Source: a virus (taxonomy: Duplodnaviria; Heunggongvirae; Uroviricota; Caudoviricetes). From it: DNA of 64,000 nucleotides. The position numbers and the translations under genes were made by a program. The notes under the pieces are model-generated. The model had not been told where the DNA came from. It saw only the letters and a list, made by a program, of their open reading frames with translations, and searched no databases. Where the stretch lies: the IMG/VR virus record IMGVR_UViG_3300023174_000034, one strand, 5' to 3'. Each line of letters begins with the position of its first letter. Positions within the stretch are counted from its first letter, which is position 1. This document shows positions 18,231-26,953 of this stretch, piece after piece.

Positions 18231-20456
18231 TTATCTATAATAGGTCGAATACTGGCTGGATACCGCGGTCGATCCTGCGGCATACAACTGATTGGGCGGA
18301 AGTTTATTTGTTGTTGTTTGCCCGGACATGGTGCCTGTCCTGGCCCAGTTGGCGGCAGCATCTGCACCATACTCATGTGCCACAGCCAGCATGCCTGCTG
18401 TGTGTGCAGATGGTCCATCCGCCGGAACAACACCAGACTGTACTAGTGTTTGATAATTTCTTACAGCGTATTCCTTGGCCGCATCTTCTTGTGCAGAAGG
18501 ATTTTGCAAGAATCCAGCCATTCCTCCACGGTCTTTCCAGGTATCCGTTCTATCCAATGCACCTCCGTTTGGATATTTTGCACTTGACCCAGGTTTTAAT
18601 AGTCCTGTACTTTCTAATGCTTCTTGATTCATACCGTAGCGTCCTGCACCTTCACCTTGACGCATGCCATAGTCCAGGCCAGCTGGTTGTCCGCTGCCAT
18701 AAGATTTAGCAAATCCCAATCCTGTCAAGTAAGAACTGACATCTCCTTGTGTCATGTTGCCAACTGGCGTGGATGCGTTTGGCGCAGTGGACGAGTCGTA
18801 ACTGCTGACCTTGGGAATCATTTTGCTAGGCAATGTGTTATTTTGCAATGCGCTGGCCACACCAGGATGACGTTGCAAAAAGTCGCCTTTCAGTAACCCA
18901 CTTATGTCACCAGCGCCAATTACTGAAATCTGTCCATTATCGTCCACTGTGAGATTACTTGAGCTTTGACCAGCAGGAGAACTAAAGCTGGGTGCCGGGC
19001 CTGTGGCTTGATTCACTGCTTGTCTTGTTATAACATCAAACCCCATGCGATCCCAAGGTTCGTGTGTGGGAAATATAGGACAGATAGTTGGGCTGGCTGA
19101 CTTGGTAGTATCAACTTTCCAAAGCCCAGTTGCGTTGTCTTGCACAGTGTCTTTGTTTTTGTCATACAATGCCAAGCCTCTGGGTGCTTTGGGTGTGGTT
19201 GCGGCTTTGTTGTCAGCAAGCGAAACAGTCTTTTGAGCATCAATTGATATAGATCCTCCTGAATTGACACTGATATCGCCCTTGCCGTCTAACACAATTT
19301 TTCCTTTTTGACTTATAAGGTTTAGTACACTATCACCAAATAATTCAAGTTCCTTACCGCCAGTGATTCCAATTTTGTTTTTGCCCTCAATGGTCATATC
19401 ACCATCGGTACGCATTTGAATTCCTTTGATTGCCATTACACGGAATGTTTCATCAGTGTGGATGTTGAAATCTCCACGGGTACGCATTGTTATTCCTCCG
19501 CTGGAAAAAGCAAACACCTGCCCGCTTTGTGTCATTTCAAACCAACTGCTACCACTTGCATTGATTACATAGATACTGCCTGCATCGTCATCCATTAGGA
19601 TCTGATGCCCACTGGCACTACGCATCTTCATGTGAGATCCGGCGCCAGAATAATCGCCGTCGTCTAGCACAAACACATGTCCGCCTTCGCGTTCATACAC
19701 TTGTTCAGTTGACTTGGGAATTCCATTGCGCCCCATGGGCTTGCCAGGAGTGCTGATGCCATACACTTGACTTGGCATGTCTCGCTGTGAGCTGGCATTA
19801 CGCGGACCTCGAATTGGATCGCCAATCAGACCTTGAGCAATGTACTGCGCGGCCAATATTTCGTGTATCACACGTTTTCTATCTTGTATGTCTTCGCTGG
19901 TTTTTTTGTATGGGTTGAATTCAGCCAGTGGTACAAATACCTTGCCAATTTTCATTGCTTGTTGTATTGCTGTTTTAAGTTTACCATTTTGCAGTGTGGC
20001 AAGATCAACGTCGACTCCAACTTCGCCGCCACTGTTGGATGGCATTCCGCTATGGCCTTTACGATCCATTACGCAAGCAAACCAAAATCCTCTGTTGGGA
20101 TCTCCATTGACAAATGTACACAACACTTGATTGCCAATGTCCGGAGGTACTGCCCAAAAACCGTAACTCATGCCATTGTTTTCAAAACTTTCAGCTTGTG
20201 ACTTTGCACCCTTGACTCCGCGACTGTTTGTAGTGCCCATGAAAGGGCTGGCATAGCGTACTGGGCGCCAACCGCCGTCGTCGTTTTCGTCGCCGCCCAG
20301 CTCAGGAATCCAAACTTTGAGTTTTCCTGCTCGGTCAGGGTCATTGACATTTTTTACTACACCAATATAAGTTCCTGGTTGTAGTTGGGTGCCCGCTGGT
20401 TTGCCCGAGTAAATACTCGAAACATTTTGACCCATTACACTGTCTGATTTACTCAT
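18231..20456 (-). CDS. gp5: Baseplate central spike/hub, gp5/VgrG-like (N-terminal OB-fold, beta-helix, C-terminal lysozyme-like domain)
   Basis: GVVKNVNDPDRAGKLKVWIPEL...PPDIGNQVLCTFVNGDPNRGFW (gp5/VgrG OB-fold), SGHQILMDD, repetitive beta-helix segment and FPTHEPW; C-terminal FLQNPSAQE...AGMLAVAH resembles lysozyme-fold domains. Confidence 0.8.
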   Translation of the reverse strand: MSKSDSVMGQNVSSIYSGKPAGTQLQPGTYIGVVKNVNDPDRAGKLKVWIPELGGDENDDGGWRPVRYASPFMGTTNSRGVKGAKSQAESFENNGMSYGFWAVPPDIGNQVLCTFVNGDPNRGFWFACVMDRKGHSGMPSNSGGEVGVDVDLATLQNGKLKTAIQQAMKIGKVFVPLAEFNPYKKTSEDIQDRKRVIHEILAAQYIAQGLIGDPIRGPRNASSQRDMPSQVYGISTPGKPMGRNGIPKSTEQVYEREGGHVFVLDDGDYSGAGSHMKMRSASGHQILMDDDAGSIYVINASGSSWFEMTQSGQVFAFSSGGITMRTRGDFNIHTDETFRVMAIKGIQMRTDGDMTIEGKNKIGITGGKELELFGDSVLNLISQKGKIVLDGKGDISVNSGGSISIDAQKTVSLADNKAATTPKAPRGLALYDKNKDTVQDNATGLWKVDTTKSASPTICPIFPTHEPWDRMGFDVITRQAVNQATGPAPSFSSPAGQSSSNLTVDDNGQISVIGAGDISGLLKGDFLQRHPGVASALQNNTLPSKMIPKVSSYDSSTAPNASTPVGNMTQGDVSSYLTGLGFAKSYGSGQPAGLDYGMRQGEGAGRYGMNQEALESTGLLKPGSSAKYPNGGALDRTDTWKDRGGMAGFLQNPSAQEDAAKEYAVRNYQTLVQSGVVPADGPSAHTAGMLAVAHEYGADAAANWARTGTMSGQTTTNKLPPNQLYAAGSTAVSSQYSTYYR

Positions 20457-20468
20457 TATTGAAATTCC

Positions 20469-23400
20469 TTATTCACCAAGGCCCCGGGCCGCCTCTGCCC
20501 GGCGGCGATTATCTTCTTCACGGCGGAGGTCGAGTACAACTTCGAAAGTTCCGCCAGTGCCTTCAACTCTACTGCCGCCAACTTTAATTCCTCTGGCTTG
20601 ATCTAATTTAGCCTGATCTTCCGCCGAGTAATTAACATTGCCATAAGGATCAACTATAGGTGTAACTACAACGTCAGACTGATTGGTGGCATTACCGACA
20701 CCTCCAGTATAACTAGTTCCGCTATTTGGTCCTGGCTGCAATGTCTTGGGTTGATATGTTGTTGCGGTACCTGCGTTTTCGCCTGGCTTGACACGATAAT
20801 TTGACAATCTATTTGCTTGTGCTACATCAGAGCTTCGATCTGTGGACTGTTTGATATCCTGATCCATGTACCTGATCAAGTTAAGAGTTTGTGTGAACTG
20901 TCCTCTAGAAAAGTCGGAATCAACCATGAGCAACTTATACACACCAGTGAACCCAGATTTTAATTTATTGCTGTCATAGAACCGTACGCCGCCTGTCCTA
21001 TCGTCGATATCAACTGGTGATCTAATTTCAACCCAGCACACAACTTCTGCGCTGTCCATTACAATACTATTGTTATTTTTTTTAGTTAGGTCTTTGCTAC
21101 TATCAGTAGGAGCCAATGGAGATCCCCTATTAACGTAGTCTACACCACCAATAGGTTGTACAGCAGTTTGACTTTGTCCAAGTGATGCAATTACTCCAGT
21201 AAACACATCGTCTTGTTTAATCAGTTCTGGATCTCCGATAATCTTCAGTGTGATGTTGAGCATTTCGCCACCAGCTGAACTATAAAGACTTTCAGATACA
21301 TTTGCCACTGCCATTGCAGTTGGGTCGCGACGCAGGTTTTTGCCTGCATTGGCAGGATCATCACTCACATGAACTATCACCCCTGGATTGGCTCCTTTGC
21401 CTTGTGCGGAGTTGTCGTTGGTTTCGGGATTATTCTCTGTTTGTGCATTGTATGAATTGTCGATATTTTTTGCTCTCAGTGCTGTAACTTTTGTAAAATA
21501 CACAAAGTCAAAATCAATTGCAAAATCAATCACAGACGTGTTTTGCCCAGTGTAGAAATACGGGTATTCTTTGCTACACAAGCTTCGGCTCGGCACTGCT
21601 TTTGGTAAACTTGGATGTGTCGTGTTCCATACTGTGTAAGGCACAACATAATATGTTGTGTCAAACGACCACTGATTGTTTTTATCGTCAAAATCTTGGA
21701 GTTTAACCAATGGAATTATTTTCCACCAGGTCACTAGACCTTGTACTTCTTTTATGCCGCCTGCCTTGGCTTCATCTTGGAGCACAATCTGTTTGCGAAT
21801 AAATTCACTTGACTGCATGGCAACATTGATTACTTCAGTGATCTGTGTGCCAGCAACAAAAGTAAAATTATCTTGTACTTGATTTGCTCTAACGTTGTCA
21901 CCATTTTTGGCGTCAGGACTCTTGGCCATGGCGCTGGCACCTACTGTTCCATCTTGGTCGCGCTGTCGGTAAACTTTATTGCCACCATTATCAGTGAACG
22001 TTTTATCAAATACCACAGAAATTTTATTTGGTGTTTTAACCTGGATGGCTTTTAATTTTACCAGGGTGTTTTGCCATTCGTTGTATGCGGCAACATAACT
22101 TTTAATCTCATAATTTTTGTCAGACAGTGCCTTGAGTTTGTTTTCATCAACTGCTCGTGCTTCTGCCAACCGGGTATTAGTTGCGGTGTTGGCTGGCGCC
22201 TGCTGGACTGCGTTTTGAAGCCGGGTGAGTTCTCGTGCGCCTGTGTCGGCTACCTGAGCCGAGGCCTTATCTTCAGACTGGAAGAATTCTTCCAGAGTGC
22301 CAGCGGTAACTGTAAAAGTAGCAGGAGTTGATGCACGAGTTTGTGACAGTGCATGGTGACTGAATGGAACTGCTGTACATCGATATTCGCTGCCTTTGGC
22401 TGAAGCTTTGATGGTCATACCAGTTAGTCTGATAGGTATAAATTTCTTCATATCTGCTATTTTGCCGCCGTCGGCTGAATAAAAATTGATTTCTAATAGA
22501 TAACAATTTGCAAAATACAAGCCTTTGCCGTCACTGAGCTCGTCTGTGGTTACTATCAGTCGGTCAATCAGAGATAATCCGTAGGGTTCTATTATGGTAA
22601 AGTCGCAATCAATTACGTTGGTACCTCTGCTGGTGCTATTGAGTCCAATCACTGAACTTAGCTTTAGACTTTCAAAGAAAAAGTTATCCTCCCACCCTTT
22701 GGCTCGGGGCGCACTGTCGGTGGACATGCCTGCACCTGATATCAGTGTGTTTGATGGTGAAAATGTTTGAGTCCTGTCGGTAGACACCATTGCATTGTAT
22801 TCTTGTTGTGTCAAGATGTGCAAAGAAATAGTGTAAGAATGTGATTCATATGCATCCAGTGGGTTGGGCCGCAAAGCGACTTGACGGGGTGCAGTTTCGC
22901 TGGCGCCAGCATCTGTCTGGGCTGATTGATTTGCGAATCTTACTTTAGTAATTTCATCAGGTTCGTCAGACCTTGATTTTGGTGCATCATTTGGAATTTC
23001 TAATGGTACTTGATTCCGCCAGTCGTCAGCAAGCCTTTGTGCTAAAAGTGCATTATTTTGTCTAGCAAAACTGGTAGGCATTTCTACTAAACCAAGAGAT
23101 TGATCGACTTGTTGTTGATTGGTTTTTGATCTTACTGCACGTTTCAATGCCGCTAGTTCGTCGCTGGCCAACGCAGCCGACCCAATTGGCCTGCGCCCAC
23201 TGTCAACAAAAGGATCAACCACACTAACTTGTGGGTATCGTGTTCTAGGAGTGTCTTCAAGGGTGGTGTCTTGAAGCGTTTTGGTTATAAGGTAGTTCTG
23301 GTACGGAGTACCGTAAGGCTTGGCACCAGTGGTTTTTTCTACTGATACTACATAATTTTGGAAGTCTTTGAAGTACGGATCACGTTGCAAGTCAGCGATC

Positions 23401-23798
23401 GAAGTGATGGTATCAGTTTGCCCTAGTCGGTAAACGCCTTGTTCTTTTGCCCAGGCTTTGAATGTTTCTATTTCGTTGTTTTGTTCGCGAACAATCAACG
23501 TGTTTTCATTGTTCTTTTCTTTGAAAAACTCGTTGTCGTCTCGGCTGGCATTATACTCTTGTCCAGTCTGTGTGACAATGACCAACGTGCCATCGGGTTT
23601 GTAGTAAACACTAGTGGCAGTTAGGTCTTTAAGGGCGGGACTGCCTGTTGAATTTCTTGTTGCATTCCGTAGGAGAACATCACTGGCTGCGTCAAGTTGG
23701 GCTTGTTGGGCCTGGCTGATATTTTGTTGAGTCGTACTTTCTAGCACAGCACCCTGAGCAACACTCGCGGCTTCTTCTGAACTTAGGTCATTTGCCAT
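20469..23798 (-). CDS. Baseplate hub/tail protein (gp27-like fold, with long N-terminal extension)
   Basis: 1109 aa between gp5- and gp53-like genes; NPLDAYESHSYTISL, FTIIEPYG, LKIIGDP and FTGVYKLLMVDSDFSRGQFTQTLNLIR (gp27/GPD-type C-terminal motif). Confidence 0.6.
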   Translation of the reverse strand: MANDLSSEEAASVAQGAVLESTTQQNISQAQQAQLDAASDVLLRNATRNSTGSPALKDLTATSVYYKPDGTLVIVTQTGQEYNASRDDNEFFKEKNNENTLIVREQNNEIETFKAWAKEQGVYRLGQTDTITSIADLQRDPYFKDFQNYVVSVEKTTGAKPYGTPYQNYLITKTLQDTTLEDTPRTRYPQVSVVDPFVDSGRRPIGSAALASDELAALKRAVRSKTNQQQVDQSLGLVEMPTSFARQNNALLAQRLADDWRNQVPLEIPNDAPKSRSDEPDEITKVRFANQSAQTDAGASETAPRQVALRPNPLDAYESHSYTISLHILTQQEYNAMVSTDRTQTFSPSNTLISGAGMSTDSAPRAKGWEDNFFFESLKLSSVIGLNSTSRGTNVIDCDFTIIEPYGLSLIDRLIVTTDELSDGKGLYFANCYLLEINFYSADGGKIADMKKFIPIRLTGMTIKASAKGSEYRCTAVPFSHHALSQTRASTPATFTVTAGTLEEFFQSEDKASAQVADTGARELTRLQNAVQQAPANTATNTRLAEARAVDENKLKALSDKNYEIKSYVAAYNEWQNTLVKLKAIQVKTPNKISVVFDKTFTDNGGNKVYRQRDQDGTVGASAMAKSPDAKNGDNVRANQVQDNFTFVAGTQITEVINVAMQSSEFIRKQIVLQDEAKAGGIKEVQGLVTWWKIIPLVKLQDFDDKNNQWSFDTTYYVVPYTVWNTTHPSLPKAVPSRSLCSKEYPYFYTGQNTSVIDFAIDFDFVYFTKVTALRAKNIDNSYNAQTENNPETNDNSAQGKGANPGVIVHVSDDPANAGKNLRRDPTAMAVANVSESLYSSAGGEMLNITLKIIGDPELIKQDDVFTGVIASLGQSQTAVQPIGGVDYVNRGSPLAPTDSSKDLTKKNNNSIVMDSAEVVCWVEIRSPVDIDDRTGGVRFYDSNKLKSGFTGVYKLLMVDSDFSRGQFTQTLNLIRYMDQDIKQSTDRSSDVAQANRLSNYRVKPGENAGTATTYQPKTLQPGPNSGTSYTGGVGNATNQSDVVVTPIVDPYGNVNYSAEDQAKLDQARGIKVGGSRVEGTGGTFEVVLDLRREEDNRRRAEAARGLGE

Positions 23799-23801
23799 CT
23801 A

Positions 23802-24107
23802 TTACAATCCTAGTGCAGAGTCAAGATCAACCTTTTTAGGAATACGAATAGTAATACCTGCAATAAAGTCACCCAGTGGATCTGTGATCACGTTGGGGTT
23901 TCTCATGGCAAACACCCACCACAGGCCTGCATCTCCGTATAGGTCAAATGCCAGTAGGTCAGGACGACCTTGGTATGCTCGTTCAATCGTATATACCACA
24001 TCGTCTTTACGAAAGTCTACACTGCGTTTTTCTAGCACATCCAGAAATGTTCCGTATTTTTGTGTTTTGAAATAAGGACTGCTTCTATTGTAATTTGCGT
24101 TTGCCAT
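23802..24107 (-). CDS. gp53: Baseplate wedge protein, gp53-like (LysM-type)
   Basis: RPDLLAFDLYGDAGLWWVFAMRN...GITIRIP is the gp53 signature. Confidence 0.85.
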   Translation of the reverse strand: MANANYNRSSPYFKTQKYGTFLDVLEKRSVDFRKDDVVYTIERAYQGRPDLLAFDLYGDAGLWWVFAMRNPNVITDPLGDFIAGITIRIPKKVDLDSALGL

Positions 24108-24913
24108 TATAGTTGGCCTCCACCAGGTTGGTTGGTTTTTGTGCCGCTGCCGCCTAGGAATCCGCCTTTAGTGAAATCATCCAACAGCATCTTTTCAGAT
24201 TGTCGTTTGCGACTCACTACTGGTTGCAGAGTAACTGTTAGTGTGCTGGAGATTGGCATCCATCCGTATGAACCGTCCCCAATGATGTATTTGATGTAGT
24301 CCACGTCTTCCGGCATGGTATGTGATACCGAAGTTACCACGCAATTGATGCTGGGCAAATAATGCTCGCCGTATCCGTACAGTCTGACCAATGTGGGAGG
24401 AGTTCCTGCTTTTGGATTGTCTGCTCCAAATTCCATTTTGGTACAAGCACGTAGGAACTGCACACTGGCCATTAAATATTCCGCTTCGCTTGCATCCTGA
24501 CAGGTAAATACACCAGCGATAGATATCGACGAGACATCGCTACCTTCATAGAAGTAGTTTTTGTAATTGCTATGGACCAGAGCCTGTTCGTTGTATCGTG
24601 CATTATGCGCTATGGTAACTGATGGGGTATACGGGAACACCACGCCGCTTCGCCAGAAGTCACTTGTGCCGTTTACACCAAATAATACACCGGTCAGTCC
24701 AGCGTACTGTTGCATGTATGCAAATTTGCTCAAAGGTGGTAACCCAATTCGCACTCGCCAATCTGTTGATGCACTGGCATCACTATTGGCGTTAGGAGAT
24801 ATGTATGTACGTTGGCTGCTTTGGAGCAAGGCTCCTCCAAGGTCAGCTCGGTTGTTGCCTATTGCCGTGGCCGTCTTGTAGCCTCCGGCTCGTAATGCAG
24901 TTGATCTGGTCAT
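24107..24913 (-). CDS. Tail tube initiator / baseplate-tube junction protein (gp48/gp54-like)
   Basis: GVVFPYTPSV...HSNY...GTPPTLVRLYGYG...VVTSVSHTMPEDVDY resembles contractile-tail tube-fold initiators; first gene of the baseplate operon, with a late promoter upstream. Confidence 0.6.
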   Translation of the reverse strand: MTRSTALRAGGYKTATAIGNNRADLGGALLQSSQRTYISPNANSDASASTDWRVRIGLPPLSKFAYMQQYAGLTGVLFGVNGTSDFWRSGVVFPYTPSVTIAHNARYNEQALVHSNYKNYFYEGSDVSSISIAGVFTCQDASEAEYLMASVQFLRACTKMEFGADNPKAGTPPTLVRLYGYGEHYLPSINCVVTSVSHTMPEDVDYIKYIIGDGSYGWMPISSTLTVTLQPVVSRKRQSEKMLLDDFTKGGFLGGSGTKTNQPGGGQL

Positions 24914-24937
24914 GTCAGAAACCTCTTGTGTTTCTGA

Positions 24938-24943
24938 TATTTA
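24938..24943 (-). promoter_or_regulatory. Late promoter (TAAATA) of the baseplate operon
   Basis: GATAAATA upstream of the AGAGG RBS and ATG 24913. Confidence 0.65.
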
Positions 24944-24985
24944 TCTGTTAAAATATATGGTAGCTTTATAAGGATACTCACAAAC

Positions 24986-25885
24986 ATGAAACACAATTAC
25001 CTTAATAACAAGGACATCTTGAAAGAGATACACAAGAGCAAAAGTACCTATTGTTGGTTTGCACAGCCTAGCGATGCTGATTATGACATGATCATCACTG
25101 ACGGACGCAAAATTACCAAGAAGGATATTACCGAAGCTAAAAAGAATCGAGCAGAACGACTGGGCAAAATTGCACACGAAGCTGCCACAGCAGATGGTAC
25201 AAAGATTAAATTGGACGAATTTGTTGTAAAGCATACCAAAGTCCCCGAAGAAGATCTGGTATTTCGCGTGATGACCTGGGAACATGTGCCAATCATGGAT
25301 GTGGTTAAAACTGTCAAAAAGCGTGGCAAGGCTGAGCCTGTGGACGAAGATGACAGCATTGACAACGAGTATGATGCTGGTGCAGAAGAACCTGCCAAGC
25401 CTACCAAGTTTGTCAAGGTTAATTTTCCACCGTTCAAACACATCAAACTCACCCGTGATACAGAAGAAAATCTAGTACAAGTCACTGTGGGTATCAGTCA
25501 CTGGAAGGGCACACCGGACACTGGATGCTATTCACGTGACCACGGAGGTATGACCAACAAACTGGCACACATGTTTATGAAACTGTGTGAACGCTATGCC
25601 ACAAGATCAAACTGGAGAGGATACACCTACAATGACGAAATGCGAAGCCAAGCCTTGTTACAACTCAGCCAAATTGGACTCCAATTTGACGAGTCCAAAT
25701 CGCAGAACCCGTTTGCGTATTATACTGCCGCTATCACTAATAGCTTTACTCGTGTCTTGAACATTGAAAAGCGCAATCAAAACCTACGCGATGACATCTT
25801 GCAAATGAACAACTTGAACCCAAGTTACACACGCCAGATGGCCAGCAGTGGTGGCGGTGGCGGTGGTGGCAGCTACGAAGAGTAA
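24986..25885 (+). CDS. gp55: Late-transcription sigma factor, T4 gp55-like
   Basis: NYLNNKDILKEI N-terminus plus NWRGYTYNDEM...FDESKSQNPFAYYTAAITNSFTRVLNIEK core; precedes gp47-gp46 as in T4-like phages. Confidence 0.88.
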   Translation: MKHNYLNNKDILKEIHKSKSTYCWFAQPSDADYDMIITDGRKITKKDITEAKKNRAERLGKIAHEAATADGTKIKLDEFVVKHTKVPEEDLVFRVMTWEHVPIMDVVKTVKKRGKAEPVDEDDSIDNEYDAGAEEPAKPTKFVKVNFPPFKHIKLTRDTEENLVQVTVGISHWKGTPDTGCYSRDHGGMTNKLAHMFMKLCERYATRSNWRGYTYNDEMRSQALLQLSQIGLQFDESKSQNPFAYYTAAITNSFTRVLNIEKRNQNLRDDILQMNNLNPSYTRQMASSGGGGGGGSYEE

Positions 25886-25899
25886 GATTATCAAAAGAC

Positions 25900-25928
25900 T
25901 TGCACTTACTGGTGCAAGCGTCTATAAT
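25900..25928 (+). promoter_or_regulatory. Sigma70-type (early) promoter of the gp47 operon with overlapping inverted repeat
   Basis: TTGCAC (25900-25905), 17-nt spacer, TATAAT (25923-25928); CTTGCAC-N6-GTGCAAG palindrome at 25899-25918; ATG 8 nt after the -10. Confidence 0.75.
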
Positions 25929-25936
25929 GGAGTGCT

Positions 25937-26953
25937 ATGAGTAATCTATTCAAGAAGGCCGCGGTCTTCACTGACATCCACTTTGGCTTGAAGTCAAACA
26001 GCATCACCCACAACGAGGACTGTTTAGCATTTGTTAAATGGGCAGTTGCCAAAGCAAAAGCAGAAGGTTGTGAAACCTGCCTGTTCCTTGGCGACTGGCA
26101 CAACAACAGAGCCGCACTAAACATTCTCACATTGAACTACAGTCTCCGGGCACTGGAGCACATGAACAACAACTTTGATGCTGTGTACTTTATTCCTGGC
26201 AATCACGACTTGTACTACAGAGACAAGCGCGATATACAAAGTGTTGAATGGGCGCGGCACCTGCCCAACGTTCATATCTGCAACGATTGGTTCAGTGAGG
26301 GAAATGTAACTATTGCCCCATGGCTAGTGGGTGATGATCACAAGAAGCTGTTGAAGAAAAAAGGCAAGTACTGCTTTGGACATTTTGAACTGCCTGGCTA
26401 CTACATGAATGCCATGGTACAGATGCCAGACATTGGCGAGGCCAAAAGCGAAGACTTGATGGGCTTTGAAAAAGTGTTCTCTGGACATTTCCACAAGCGC
26501 CAGACCAACAGCAATATTACCTATATCGGCAACTGCTTTCCACACAACTATGCAGATGACGGTGACGAAGAACGTGGCATGATGATACTTGAGTGGGACA
26601 AGGAACCGGAGTACCATGCCTGGCCCGATCAACCCACATATCGTGTGTTGAGTTTGTCCAGCATTGTGGATCATGCAGACAAGATTCTCAAACCCAGGAT
26701 GCACGCCAGGATCAATATTGACATTGATCTCAGCTATGAAGAAGCTAACTTTATCAAAGAAACTTTTATGGAGACCTACAAACTACGTGAGTTGAGTTTG
26801 TTGCCAAAGAAAGAAATTGATACAAACGAAGGCGTGGCCATTGGCGAAATTAAATTTGAAAGTATCGACACAATCGTGCAAAATCAAATCAACGCAATTT
26901 CAAGCGAACACTACGATCGCAATCTATTGTTAGATATCTACAGGAACTGTTAA
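25937..26953 (+). CDS. gp47: Recombination endonuclease subunit, Mre11/SbcD-like metallophosphoesterase
   Basis: FTDIHFG, LGDW, PGNHD, GHF and SGHFH phosphoesterase motifs. Confidence 0.95.
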   Translation: MSNLFKKAAVFTDIHFGLKSNSITHNEDCLAFVKWAVAKAKAEGCETCLFLGDWHNNRAALNILTLNYSLRALEHMNNNFDAVYFIPGNHDLYYRDKRDIQSVEWARHLPNVHICNDWFSEGNVTIAPWLVGDDHKKLLKKKGKYCFGHFELPGYYMNAMVQMPDIGEAKSEDLMGFEKVFSGHFHKRQTNSNITYIGNCFPHNYADDGDEERGMMILEWDKEPEYHAWPDQPTYRVLSLSSIVDHADKILKPRMHARINIDIDLSYEEANFIKETFMETYKLRELSLLPKKEIDTNEGVAIGEIKFESIDTIVQNQINAISSEHYDRNLLLDIYRNC

